64,000 nucleotides of DNA from Candidatus Gottesmanbacteria bacterium (GCA_963809665.1 CAWEKC010000004.1:37172-101171); one strand, 5' to 3'. Counted from the stretch's first letter, positions 30,705 to 40,778 are shown. Notes: generated from the letters alone by a model not told the origin. Made by a program: numbers and translations.

Positions 30705-31484
30705 ATGAAAACCATGCCCCGTGCTCTTGTGTTAACCGGATACGGGATAAATTGTGAAGAAGAAACGGCATATGCGTTTGCTCTTGCAGGCATTCCGACT
30801 GACATTATTCATGTCAACGATCTTATCACACGTAAGGGAATGCTGCGCAAATACAAAATCCTTGCAATTCCGGGGGGATTTTCCTATGGGGACGATACGG
30901 GAAGCGGTAACGCGTTTGCTATGAAACTCCATAATCATATGCAGGAAGAATTAGTGCGTTTTGCGTCATCGGACCGTTTAGTCATCGGCATATGTAACGG
31001 GTTCCAAATTCTTGTCCGGTTCGGATTGTTTCCGGGGGTATCTCTGCTACGCAACGATACCGCGCGGTATACTGTCCGATGGACGGATGTACGGGTATCC
31101 AATACCTCACCGTGGCTGCGGAATGTATCATCACTTTCTCTGCCAATTGCCCACGGGGAAGGAAAATTCTGGGCCACACCTGACGTGTTACAATCCCTAG
31201 ACGGAAGCGGACAAATTGCATTAAAGTATTATAATGGTGACCTATGTGCTTACCAACATCTGGCTGCAAATCCTACCGGAACGGCACAAAATATCGCGGG
31301 CATCACGGATATATCGGGCAGGGTTTTGGGGTTGATGCCGCACCCTGAACGTGCTGTACTTTTTATGCAGAGGCCCGATTGGCCACTACTACGGGAACAG
31401 TATGTACGTGCACATAGGCCGGTTCCCTCATTCGGGCCCGGTATGGAAATATTTAGAAACGCCATGAACTATTTTGTCGCGTAA
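30705..31484 (+). CDS. purQ: FGAM synthase glutaminase subunit
   Basis: GINCE, PGGFSYGD, GICNGFQIL, AHGEG, MPHPER. Confidence 0.96.
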   Translation: MKTMPRALVLTGYGINCEEETAYAFALAGIPTDIIHVNDLITRKGMLRKYKILAIPGGFSYGDDTGSGNAFAMKLHNHMQEELVRFASSDRLVIGICNGFQILVRFGLFPGVSLLRNDTARYTVRWTDVRVSNTSPWLRNVSSLSLPIAHGEGKFWATPDVLQSLDGSGQIALKYYNGDLCAYQHLAANPTGTAQNIAGITDISGRVLGLMPHPERAVLFMQRPDWPLLREQYVRAHRPVPSFGPGMEIFRNAMNYFVA

Positions 31485-31493
31485 GGAGGCAGT

Positions 31494-32021
31494 ATGAAAC
31501 AACAGGTAAGTATTGTCATGGGGAGCGACTCTGATCTCCCGGTCATGAGTGAGGCGGCTAAAGTGTTGGAAGAGTTTCATGTCGGCTATGAAATGAAAAT
31601 TTGTTCCGCACACAGGAGTCCGAAGGAAACGCACGCATATGCAGCATCACTGGAAAAACGGGGGATCCAGGTCGTGGTTGCGGGTGCGGGGGGTGCCGCG
31701 CACCTTGCCGGAGTTATTGCATCATGGACAACACTACCTGTTATCGGAGTTCCTATATATACCAGAACGCTAAGCGGGATTGACTCTTTGTTTTCAGTCG
31801 TCAGCATGCCGCCCGGCGTGCCGGTAGCAACTGTGGGTATCAACGCCGCCCAAAACGCAGCGCTTTTAGCAATCGAGATTCTGTCCGTGCATACCAATTC
31901 GTTACGGCATGCGCTGCAGGTATACAAAAAAAAGATGTCACTGGCTGTTGATGCAAAAAACCAAAAGCTGCAGCGCATAGGGTATAAAGCATACCGTCAG
32001 GCTATAGAGAAAGGAAAGTAA
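31494..32021 (+). CDS. purE: N5-CAIR mutase / AIR carboxylase
   Basis: MGSDSD, SAHRSP, AGGAAHL, MPPGVPVATV. Confidence 0.97.
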   Translation: MKQQVSIVMGSDSDLPVMSEAAKVLEEFHVGYEMKICSAHRSPKETHAYAASLEKRGIQVVVAGAGGAAHLAGVIASWTTLPVIGVPIYTRTLSGIDSLFSVVSMPPGVPVATVGINAAQNAALLAIEILSVHTNSLRHALQVYKKKMSLAVDAKNQKLQRIGYKAYRQAIEKGK

Positions 32022-32025
32022 AATC

Positions 32026-32988
32026 ATGAAGTCAAATACAATTGTGCGGGCATTGCCCCACGTACTGAAAACCGTTAATTATACCTCGCTCGGAAAAAAA
32101 TATCAGGGAAAAGTCCGTGATTTTTATATCAAGGGAGATAGGCGGATTATCATCACCACTGACAGACAGAGTGCATTTGACGTAGTATTGGGTTGCATTC
32201 CGTTTAAAGGAGCAGTCCTCAATCTGCTGTCCGCGTTCTGGTTTGAAAAAACCGGTCATATTGTACCCAATCATCTTATTTCCATACCGGACCCGAATGT
32301 GGCGCTTGTCCGGAATCTCACGCCCGTTCCTATAGAGATGATTGTCCGCGGGTACATTTCCGGTTCAACAAAAACTTCCATCTGGTATTCATATCAAAAT
32401 GGGGAGCGGGTCATTTACGGTCTGCGGTTTCCGAAGGGACTTACGAAGAATCAAAAACTCGACCGACCGATAATCACGCCCACGACTCATGGCGGCGGAA
32501 AAGGAGGCCACGATGAGCGGCTCACGCGTGAAGAGATTTTGAAACGGAAAATTATTCCGCCTGTTGTATACCGCCAAATGGAAAAAGCAGCACTTGCGCT
32601 TTTTGCGTACGGAAGCGCGTTGTGTAAACGCCGCGGGTTAATATTGGTGGATACAAAGTATGAATTTGGATTGTATAAAGGAAACATCATGCTGATGGAC
32701 GAAATCCACACGCCGGATTCCTCCCGTTTCTGGAAAGCCGATACATACCGGGAACGGTTTAAAAAGGGGTTGGAGCCCGAAAATTTCGATAAAGAATTTT
32801 TGCGCCTCTGGTATGCCAAACGGGGATATACAGGAGACGGGGATCCGCCGAAAATGACGCGCCAACTTATTCTTGCCACGGCGCGCCGGTATATCGACGT
32901 ATATGAAATGATCACGGGGAAACGCTTCGCAGGATTTTCATATCCCATCAAAGACAGGATATATGCCGCAATTAGGGTAACTCTGTGA
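32026..32988 (+). CDS. purC: SAICAR synthetase
   Basis: GKVRD, TDRQSAFD, LVDTKYEFG, DEIHTPDSSRFW. Confidence 0.97.
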   Translation: MKSNTIVRALPHVLKTVNYTSLGKKYQGKVRDFYIKGDRRIIITTDRQSAFDVVLGCIPFKGAVLNLLSAFWFEKTGHIVPNHLISIPDPNVALVRNLTPVPIEMIVRGYISGSTKTSIWYSYQNGERVIYGLRFPKGLTKNQKLDRPIITPTTHGGGKGGHDERLTREEILKRKIIPPVVYRQMEKAALALFAYGSALCKRRGLILVDTKYEFGLYKGNIMLMDEIHTPDSSRFWKADTYRERFKKGLEPENFDKEFLRLWYAKRGYTGDGDPPKMTRQLILATARRYIDVYEMITGKRFAGFSYPIKDRIYAAIRVTL

Positions 32989-34097
32989 AAAAACCACTCA
33001 ACTACAGCGGAAGCGGTGTCCGGTATAAGACAATGGATACGCTAAAACGCTTCGCACAGGAATCCGGTGTCAGAACCGCGAAAAACCTCCGCAAAGCAGA
33101 AGCTGCAGAAGTACCTGCCAGCCGCGGTGAATCCGCATATGTCTGGGAGGAAAAAGACTCCTACCGTGCGTTTGTCATGGAAGGATTGGGAACAAAAAAT
33201 CTGGTTGCTGATGCAATGGGCAGAATAACCGGAAAAACGTATTATGACGCAATTGCCAAGGACGCTGTAGCAATGATCGTAAACGACCTTGTTGTTGTTG
33301 GAGCCGCTCCGATGGTGGTAAGCGCATACTTTGCCGTCGGTGATTCAGCCTGGTTTACACATACCAAACGCGTCCGGGATTTGCTCCGCGGGTGGGCCGC
33401 CGCCTGTTCGGAGGCCGGCGCAACGTGGGGCGGCGGGGAAACGGCGACACTCAAAGGAATTCTAAACCGTGACACAATTGACCTTGCGGGATCCGCAGTC
33501 GGGCGTATTTATCCCAAAAAGCGGCTGACGCTCGGAGGTAAAATTACCATCGGAGACGCGATTGTGCTGGTTGAGAGCAACGGAATTCATTCAAACGGAT
33601 TGACTCTTGCACGGGCAATTGCGGATAGGCTGCCCATGGGATATAAAACGAAATTACCGGACGGTTCGCAGTACGGTGAAGCACTTTTACGCCCGTCCCA
33701 TATCTATGCTTCACTCGTCCGTGACGTATTTGATGCCGGTGTTGATATCCATTATATGGTGCATATTACGGGTCATGGCTGGCGGAAACTTATGAGGGCG
33801 GATAAACAAGCTTCTTACATTATCGGGAAGATTCCGGATTCCCAGCCGCTTTTTTCCTTTCTGCAAAAGCATTCCGGAGCAAGTGACCGTGAGCTCTATG
33901 GCACGTTCAATATGGGTGCAGGGTTTGCTTTTTACATACGTCCTGCAGACGTTAACAAAGTCCTACTGGCGGCAAAAAAACACGGGATGAGGGCATGGGA
34001 AGCCGGATTCGTGGCCCGCGGACCGAAACGTGTTGTTATTAAAGAAAAAAATATCGTCTTCGCCGCATCATCACTCTCGATCCGTTCGCTTGTCTAA
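32985..34097 (+). CDS. purM: AIR synthetase
   Basis: EGLGTK, AMIVND, GGETA, SNGIHSNG, HITGHG, TFNMGAG. Confidence 0.95.
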   Translation: MKKPLNYSGSGVRYKTMDTLKRFAQESGVRTAKNLRKAEAAEVPASRGESAYVWEEKDSYRAFVMEGLGTKNLVADAMGRITGKTYYDAIAKDAVAMIVNDLVVVGAAPMVVSAYFAVGDSAWFTHTKRVRDLLRGWAAACSEAGATWGGGETATLKGILNRDTIDLAGSAVGRIYPKKRLTLGGKITIGDAIVLVESNGIHSNGLTLARAIADRLPMGYKTKLPDGSQYGEALLRPSHIYASLVRDVFDAGVDIHYMVHITGHGWRKLMRADKQASYIIGKIPDSQPLFSFLQKHSGASDRELYGTFNMGAGFAFYIRPADVNKVLLAAKKHGMRAWEAGFVARGPKRVVIKEKNIVFAASSLSIRSLV

Positions 34098-34128
34098 TGG
34101 CCCGAATGGGTGATATAATAAGCCTCTT

Positions 34129-34510
34129 ATGGCAAATTCAGCAACCTGGAACACAATTCCCTTTCATGTCGGCGATACGGTCCGCGTGCATTACAAACTG
34201 ATCGAGCACGAAAAAGTAGCCGGCAAAACCAAGCGGGAAGTCAAAGAACAGACGCGGGAACGTACACAGGCGTTTGAAGGAATCGTTATATCGATAAAAG
34301 GCAGCGGCGCCAACTGCATGTTTACCGTCCGAAAAATCGGCAGCGGAGCCATAGGTATTGAGCGTATTTTCCCGTTAGCATCCCCATGGATTAAAAAACT
34401 GGGAGGTTAAAAAGACAGGCGACGTCAGACGCGCGAAACTCTATTATCTGCGTGATAAACAGGGGAAAGAGGCTGCAAAAGTGAACGAGGCGACAATAAC
34501 TTCCGCGTAA
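34129..34510 (+). CDS. rplS: 50S ribosomal protein L19, +1 frameshift at 34401-34403 (probable sequencing error)
   Basis: [29 protein letters not shown]; removing one G restores [12 protein letters not shown]; TGATATAAT at 34111-34119. Confidence 0.93.
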
Positions 34511-34559
34511 CCGCATAATAATTCCCGGTCTGTTCAAAATTTTGATATAATATGCGCAC

Positions 34560-34631
34560 GGGTTGGTAGCTCAACGGTAGAGCAGCAGCCTTTTAAGCTG
34601 TTGGTTCAGGGTTCGAATCCCTGCCGACTCA
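34560..34631 (+). tRNA. tRNA-Lys(TTT), CCA not encoded
   Basis: GGGTTGG/CCGACTC acceptor, GCAGC-CTTTTAA-GCTGT anticodon arm, CAGGG-TTCGAAT-CCCTG. Confidence 0.96.
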
Positions 34632-34661
34632 CAAGTAAATGAAGAAAATATGAATAATATA

Positions 34662-35306
34662 TTATTCTGTAATTCTTTTTCCAATTCTATCTGTCAGTTC
34701 TAAGAAGTATTGTTTCAATTCTTGAAGAGTAATTTTTATTATCATTTTTGGTAAATAATCAAAATCCTCAACTTTTAGTACATTTGAGGCAAATAGAACA
34801 AGATCTACCTCCATACCAAACTTATGTTCATACGCCCGAAGTAAATCCCAAAGGGTATAGTGTTTAAGGATAAAGTAACAGTCAACAAAATCTTTTATGT
34901 CGTTTCTGTTATTAATTGCTGCAATCTTATTCGCCCCGATATCAAGCAAACTATCAACCATCACGCCATGGCACAATGGGCCTTTTTCAAGCCGTTTATA
35001 TGGATATTTTGCAAAATCGATTTTCAGCTTCATAGTATGCGAATCGGTAAACTCATATATCAATGTGTTTTCTATCTGAGTGAACCGTACGGATAATTTC
35101 AGTTTTTCAGCAATTAATGTAATGAGCGGATTGGTAAAATCAACTGAAATATCGCTTTCTGTGAAAAAATCGAGATCATCTGAAATGCGATGCTGAAGAT
35201 AAAATATAGATAACGCTGTGCCTCCAGTGAAATAGAAGTTTTCTTTTATCGTGGAATTTGAAGCTATACTATCAAATGCTTTCTGCTGTGTGACGGTAAA
35301 TTTCAT
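34662..35306 (-). CDS. AbiEii/AbiGii-family nucleotidyltransferase (toxin-like)
   Basis: FYFTGGTALS..YLQHRISDDLDFF, ANKIAAI..R..KDFVD. Confidence 0.88.
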   Translation of the reverse strand: MKFTVTQQKAFDSIASNSTIKENFYFTGGTALSIFYLQHRISDDLDFFTESDISVDFTNPLITLIAEKLKLSVRFTQIENTLIYEFTDSHTMKLKIDFAKYPYKRLEKGPLCHGVMVDSLLDIGANKIAAINNRNDIKDFVDCYFILKHYTLWDLLRAYEHKFGMEVDLVLFASNVLKVEDFDYLPKMIIKITLQELKQYFLELTDRIGKRITE

Positions 35307-35512
35307 GTCCCCCATATAAGATGATGAAATAGTTTTTTACGTTTTGGCTCAATGGAGAGACTATTCCAATTTTTTTTGACTTTATTTAAAGGAATCTTTT
35401 TTTTACCTTTCAGATAAATACCATAATTGATCAGACGCTCTAAAAGGAAAAGTTGACCACGGCTGCTTTTTTTCAACGTATTACTTCTATAATCCCAAAT
35501 ATTATCGTTCAT
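35303..35512 (-). CDS. Small partner protein of AbiEii gene (putative antitoxin, DUF6922-like)
   Basis: WDY...LERLINYG; ATGA overlap with toxin. Confidence 0.7.
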   Translation of the reverse strand: MNDNIWDYRSNTLKKSSRGQLFLLERLINYGIYLKGKKKIPLNKVKKNWNSLSIEPKRKKLFHHLIWGT

Positions 35513-35695
35513 ACTGTTATTATATGATATTTAATTACGTCGTGCTATTTTACTCTGTAAACAACGCTGCGGGTCATCTCTGCTGTACAATAATAGAAAC
35601 GTGGCAGTTGTCGTAGGTAACGCCGAACTTTTTGAGTTTTTCGAAGGTATTCAGGAGGCTAGGTACGATCAGGTTCCACCTGCGGGCACCTGCGC

Positions 35696-35983
35696 TCACC
35701 GAGAATGTGGTTTTTTTATAGCCCAAGGAGCTTCTTGTTTTACAAGCCAGTAATATGACGCTTCTATCAATGGCACGTCTTCAGTGTCAGGAGGTAGTGC
35801 TAAAACAGCCTTAGCCATGTTCATGAGAGATTCTGCTGAAACTGGTTTATCTGGAAGTTGCAGGCGTTGACATAATTCCGCATAACCCAAAGGGCTCTGT
35901 ATATCTGGTGGTCCAGGTTGAACCACGACCTCGTTCCAAACCTGAAATACTCTTTCAATAGCTTCGGGAGTGAGTTTGCTCAT
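35696..35983 (-). CDS. Hypothetical protein
   Basis: 95-aa ORF, sole cargo of second cassette; stop lies in the CTCAC core. Confidence 0.6.
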   Translation of the reverse strand: MSKLTPEAIERVFQVWNEVVVQPGPPDIQSPLGYAELCQRLQLPDKPVSAESLMNMAKAVLALPPDTEDVPLIEASYYWLVKQEAPWAIKKPHSR

Positions 35984-36121
35984 AAGTGCCCCAAATTATA
36001 GCACACAGTATGCGAAATGTTTATTCTCTCGCTGTCATAGGTATTTGTAACTGGTTGAGCGTGTGGTACACCCGCAGCATATAGCCGTAGTAGGCGTTCC
36101 AATCTTGGGACAGCCGACTCA

Positions 36122-36904
36122 CTACTTTATACAGAATATGCTTCCGACAGAGGTGAGTTCGGAAAGAGCCGTTTTCCCGTTATAAAACGCCGATGCACTG
36201 CCGCCGTCAAGATTTAATGCATCCGCAATACCCAGATTTTCCTTCCTGCTTATTGAATCGACAACCGACGGAAGGTCGGCAAGCATAGGTCCGGAATAGA
36301 CTGAATCTGAAGAATATACTGCAAGAAACACAAATCCGTCGTCCACTGTCTTTCCGACAATCATCCGTCGGGCATGCTCGTCCTGCGTAATTGTTAACGG
36401 CAGCGCCTGACTGTTAAATACAATCATCGGTCCTGTTTGGATGGCAAAACGGTACGATGTACGCGGCAGGTCCGAAGAAATAAGTGCGCCCCCGTCGGCA
36501 TCTGCCCAAAAAAAACCGTTCACGAGCGCACTGGATATTTTTGCACCGTACGTGCGCTTATCCGCATAAAAGAATCCCAGCGGTTTACCGGCCGTATCAT
36601 AAAATCCACCGTTTATTGCTTGTTGGCACAGATTATCGCCGGCAAGCGACTTCGCATCGCGTTTGTCGGTAAAATTAGGAATCAGGGTGATTGATGAGCC
36701 TGTTGCAACTTTAATAAGAGCATACGAATAGGACAAATTATCTACTGTTATTGTCGGTCCCGGTGACGGTGCATCCGGGGTCGGAACCGGGTCTATAGAA
36801 GAAACAGGTTCAAGGACCTGATTTTGTATATGCACAAATTGATATACGGTCCACGCAAGCAGGAGTACACATACAAGGATTATTCCGGCAAATACACGTT
36901 TCAT
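36122..36904 (-). CDS. Phosphodiester glycosidase (NAGPA-like) family protein with N-terminal anchor
   Basis: AINGGFY, QTGPM, ALNLDGGSAS. Confidence 0.85.
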   Translation of the reverse strand: MKRVFAGIILVCVLLLAWTVYQFVHIQNQVLEPVSSIDPVPTPDAPSPGPTITVDNLSYSYALIKVATGSSITLIPNFTDKRDAKSLAGDNLCQQAINGGFYDTAGKPLGFFYADKRTYGAKISSALVNGFFWADADGGALISSDLPRTSYRFAIQTGPMIVFNSQALPLTITQDEHARRMIVGKTVDDGFVFLAVYSSDSVYSGPMLADLPSVVDSISRKENLGIADALNLDGGSASAFYNGKTALSELTSVGSIFCIK

Positions 36905-37659
36905 GTACGTCCGCCCTTTTTCCAAAGAGGAGAGTTTATAAGGGGAGAGAAAATATCCTCCGTCACGGAAATATGAAGGGATTTAATTTCTGTATGTGTC
37001 GGCGCCCGTTCCAAAAAACGGACAAACGGTATATCCTGTATGACCGCGAGCGGTGTCTGTTCTTTTCCCTCACCCATCGCCAATACGGCTGCGGCTGCCA
37101 GTCCGTCCAGAACGCTTGCTTTCGTAACATGGAGAAGCCGTCCGAAAATATCCGGCTGGTCAATATAATTATTGAGCGGCTCAAAACCGCACCACCCGAT
37201 GCCTATACCGGTGACTCCCCACCGCAGCGGGGTTGTGTGGCTGTCGGAAATAATGACACCTACGTGTTTCAGGTGATAGGTAGCACGCAAATGATTCCAA
37301 ATATCCGAAGCTGTTTTCGGAATATTTTCCGGCCACAAAATAAAATACCCGTTTCCGTTGCTCTCATCAATGCCGGAAGATGCTATGAGCGTATCGTTTT
37401 TGACGGTGAGTGTAATTCCCCACTTCCGTGAGTTTTGTTCTTCCATATATAATTGGGCTTCGCGGTGTATAAGGTCATGTTTATCGATAGTACCGTCGTT
37501 TTTGATAACGCGTCCCTGGCAGATACTTATAATTTTGGATGTCACGACAACGACAGAGTTTTCCGTAAGACGCGGCAGACACGTATCAAGTGTCTTCAAT
37601 AAATCAGACCCAACCACAATTTTCGGGGTATTATATGCAGTCACTATCATAGGACTCAC
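36901..37659 (-). CDS. CofE-like gamma-glutamyl ligase (probably folate polyglutamylation)
   Basis: VVVTSKIISICQG, SSGIDESN, GVIISDSHTTPLRWG, MGEGKEQTP. Confidence 0.85.
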   Translation of the reverse strand: MSPMIVTAYNTPKIVVGSDLLKTLDTCLPRLTENSVVVVTSKIISICQGRVIKNDGTIDKHDLIHREAQLYMEEQNSRKWGITLTVKNDTLIASSGIDESNGNGYFILWPENIPKTASDIWNHLRATYHLKHVGVIISDSHTTPLRWGVTGIGIGWCGFEPLNNYIDQPDIFGRLLHVTKASVLDGLAAAAVLAMGEGKEQTPLAVIQDIPFVRFLERAPTHTEIKSLHISVTEDIFSPLINSPLWKKGGRT

Positions 37660-38102
37660 TTCGGCCGGGCGGCCTTTTTCACAAGTTTCGCTACGTAAAT
37701 GATTTCCCGTACCTCCCCTTCATCGGTTTCGATTTCATTCGTCCCGCTCATACGCATATATTCCCGGAGATAATCGGAAAGCGCGCTGTCAAGCTCCCGT
37801 GTTTGTACGGACAAATCTTTCACTTTATCCGCCAATACTTTATTTGCAGGCAGCTGCATGATTTGATATTTGGTCAGTGCCTTCGTTTTTGCTGCTTTCT
37901 TTGCTTCCTCCGTGTGCAACCGGTAGGTTTCGTCATTTAACAAGGCGCTCTCAAGCATTTCTCGTTCTTTTTTGAGTTCCGCTTTGTTTTTGTCAATCAA
38001 CGATATATGATTTTTAATCGTCGTTTCTAGTTCTAGTAGTACGGTAGCACCGGTATCACTGGCCGTATCTACGATTTCAGCATCTATTGTTGGTTCTTCC
38101 AT
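37656..38102 (-). CDS. Hypothetical coiled-coil protein
   Basis: 148-aa helical ORF overlapping next start (ATGA-type). Confidence 0.75.
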   Translation of the reverse strand: MEEPTIDAEIVDTASDTGATVLLELETTIKNHISLIDKNKAELKKEREMLESALLNDETYRLHTEEAKKAAKTKALTKYQIMQLPANKVLADKVKDLSVQTRELDSALSDYLREYMRMSGTNEIETDEGEVREIIYVAKLVKKAARPK

Positions 38103-38170
38103 AGATACCCACTATACAAAGAAAGCGCAGGGTAAATCAAGGGGGAAATGATACAATAAGGGCGTTGAAT

Positions 38171-39378
38171 ATGAAAATAGCGATGATTTCGTACCATACA
38201 TGTCCGCTCGCATCCCTTGAGGGAAAGGAAACCGGCGGTATGAACGTGTATGTATTGGAGCTTTCCCGTGCTCTTGCCCGCAAGGGAAACCAGGTGGACG
38301 TGTACACGCGTTCACACGAACATAATGATGCTCTTGTCACAAGACCGGAAAAAAACCTGCGTGTCATGCACCTCCCTGCCGGGCCGCAAACCCAAATTCC
38401 CAAAAAAAAACTTCCGAATTATATTCCTGACTTTGTCCGGACATATGAGTCGTTTGTTAAAGGGGAGGGGATTACATACGACATAGTACACGCGCACTAT
38501 TACCTGTCCGGTCTGGTAGCAGTGGGCGCAAACGTACCGTTTATTATGCAGTTCCATACCCTCGGTCTTATGAAAAATCTCGTCGCGCGCGATACGCTTG
38601 AGCGTGAAAGCCAAAAGAGGATACGGTCCGAATTTATGCTTATTAAACGTTCCCTGGCAATCGCCGCCTCAAGCGAACGTGACCGCTTGTATATGGAATA
38701 CCTGTACGACGCACCGGGTGGAAAAATTACCGTTGTTTCGCCGGGTATTGATACAGAACTTTTCCACCCGATGGACAAAAATGCAGCCCGTGCGCATATA
38801 CACGCTGATCCGAAGCATAAAATAGTTCTATACGTAGGGACGTATCGAACCGCTCAAAGGAATAGACACGCTCGTGTATGCCATTAAAATTTTAACAAAA
38901 CAGCACCCGAATGAGACTATTTGCCTGTGGATCGTCGGCGGGGATATCTCGGAGGACAGCTCCCACTGGCCCAGAACACTCCGTGAACTTTCGAAACTGC
39001 AAAAAACGCTATCCTTGGCCACAAGCATCCGTTTTGTCGGCCGTCAGAAGCAAACGGAACTGCCGTACTATTACAACGCCGCGGATGTTGTTGTCATGCC
39101 CTCTCACTATGAATCGTTCGGGTTATCCGCCCTTGAGGCAATCGGGTGCGGTGTGCCGGTTATCACTACAAACGTTGCCGGTATATCGAGACTCATCAGC
39201 AACGAGTATGCCCCGTATATCGCCGCGTCAATAACCCGCTTCTCCTGGCATCTCAAATTCAGAAAGTACTTACCACCGGCCTTCCGTTACCGGAACAGAC
39301 ATAGATGTTTCCGAACACCGGTGGTCCAATGTGGCCGACCGTATGCTTTCGGTGTATAAATTTGATACAATACGGTAA
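38171..39378 (+). pseudogene. MshA-like GT4 glycosyltransferase broken by about three frameshifts (pseudogene or sequence errors)
   Basis: SYHTCPL..ETGGMNVYV, HAHYYLSG; YVGRIEPLKG restored by removing a G at 38837-38839; PSHYESFGLSALEA; further shifts near 39225 and 39295. Confidence 0.8.
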
Positions 39379-39381
39379 GTC

Positions 39382-39455
39382 GCCCCCATCGTCTAGCGGC
39401 CTAGGACAGTGGGTTTTCAGCCCATTAATCTCCGGTTCGAATCCGGATGGGGGTA
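39382..39455 (+). tRNA. tRNA-Glu(TTC), CCA not encoded
   Basis: GCCCCCA/TGGGGGT acceptor, GTGGG-TTTTCAG-CCCAT anticodon arm, TCCGG-TTCGAAT-CCGGA. Confidence 0.95.
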
Positions 39456-39497
39456 CAACGCTTAGCCTCAATTTAGCATCAAAAATCGTCGTGCTTG

Positions 39498-39544
39498 TTG
39501 CTAAAAGCTCTATAAGCGTGTACTATATGAACATGAATTCATAT
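39498..39544 (+). promoter_or_regulatory. arsR promoter and ArsR/SmtB-type operator
   Basis: TTGCTA-17-TACTAT; inverted repeat ATATGAA-N6-TTCATAT (39525-39544) over the start codon. Confidence 0.65.
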
Positions 39545-39839
39545 AGTTGCTGCACCTACGACAAACAGGGGTTTAAACAAGTTACTTCATTATCCTCACT
39601 ACTGAAGATTGTCGGAGAAGAAAGCCGACTCAAAATATTATGTATTTTAAATGATGGTCAACACTGCGTCTGCGAAATAGAGGAACATGTAAGATCAATC
39701 TCAAAGTCTGATTTCCCATCACTTAAAAGATTTAAAAGATGCAGGGCTTATAAAGGATGAGAAAAAAGGGTTGCGGGTCCATTATTCGTTAACGGAACAA
39801 GGTAAAAAAATTACGACTCTGTTATTCAGCCTTAAATAG
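39533..39839 (+). CDS. ArsR/SmtB family regulator, +1 frameshift at 39691-39692
   Basis: ESRLKIL..HCVCEI; corrected frame gives SQSLISHHLKDLKDAGLI..GLRVHYSL. Confidence 0.85.
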
Positions 39840-39850
39840 AAAGGGGAATT

Positions 39851-40102
39851 ATGAAAATTCAAGTTCTAGGTTCGGGTTGTTCTACGTGCGCAAGACTTAA
39901 CGAAATTACACAAAAAGCGGTGAATGAAATGGGTTTTGATACCAAGGTCGAATATATAACCGGAGATCAAGGAATGAAAAAAATCATTGAGCTCGGCGCC
40001 ATGGCAAGTCCGCTATTGGTGGTAAATGATGAAGTCGCAATGATGGGATTCACTCCCGATATCGAACGTATTAAGGAAAAGATTAGGGAACATATTAAAT
40101 AG
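39851..40102 (+). CDS. Small thioredoxin-like redox protein (MTH895/ArsE-like)
   Basis: KIQVLGSGCSTC...MASP.LVVN. Confidence 0.88.
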   Translation: MKIQVLGSGCSTCARLNEITQKAVNEMGFDTKVEYITGDQGMKKIIELGAMASPLLVVNDEVAMMGFTPDIERIKEKIREHIK

Positions 40103-40111
40103 CAATAACGT

Positions 40112-40537
40112 ATGGATTTATTTTTACCAGCTCAGCGTTTAGCTGATATCGCAACCTATAGCTGGTTTGGTATTGGCAAAGGTACGTATTTGGGAGATGC
40201 GGTCAACTTTTTTATAAACGATTCCGTCAAAATCGGGATACTACTCGTCGTCATTAACTATGTCATGGCAATAACCCGTTACTATTTCCCGATGGAAAAG
40301 GTGCGGGATTTGCTGACAAAACGCCGTTGGTTTGGGCTGGATTATCTTTTTGCTGCTTTCTTGGGGGTAATAACTCCGTTTTGCTCATGTTCATCAATTC
40401 CTTTGTTTATCGGATTTTTGAGTGCAGGAATTCCCCTTGGAATAACATTCGCATTTCTTATCAGTTCCCCTCTTGTTAACGAGGCATCACTTTTCCTGTT
40501 TCCGGCACTATTTGGGATAAAAATTACAGTCTTGTAG
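40112..40537 (+). pseudogene. ArsP/DUF318 permease, 3'-truncated
   Basis: TPFCSCSSIPLF, FLISSPLVN; stops at 141 aa where an AT-rich segment begins. Confidence 0.8.
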
Positions 40538-40778
40538 AAGTACCTGTTATTGTATATCTTAAATATAATACAAGTTCTATTGACCAATATAATCTATTTC
40601 TTAGCCATGTATATAAATATGAGATGCTAATAGGTCCGCATATTGCACTATATCTAAAAGGACAATAATACGCAGTCTTAAAAACAAATATTTCCAGTAT
40701 AATTCCAACAAGGTAATACAAAATAATAAGTAAAAGAATCCAATATATTATTTTTATAAAACGCTGGAATGATAACAT
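40524..40778 (-). CDS. Small AT-rich membrane protein
   Basis: 84-aa ORF with hydrophobic N-terminus. Confidence 0.4.
   Translation of the reverse strand: MLSFQRFIKIIYWILLLIILYYLVGIILEIFVFKTAYYCPFRYSAICGPISISYLYTWLRNRLYWSIELVLYLRYTITGTSTRL

Larger units (their letters stand above)
34623..36122. mobile_element. Small tRNA-Lys-integrated island (two tandem cassettes, no integrase)
   Basis: GCCGACTCAC at 34623-34632 and 36113-36122; internal GTTCCA-N16-CTCAC at 35673-35699; AT-rich cargo. Confidence 0.65.

Noticed and set aside
34395-34410. Programmed frameshifting in rplS or gatB
   Set aside because: No convincing slippery site plus stimulator; matches the window-wide +1 error pattern.
39259-39532. 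ORFs 39259-39471 (-) and 5' part of 39305-39760 (+)
   Set aside because: They cross tRNA-Glu and are shadow translations.
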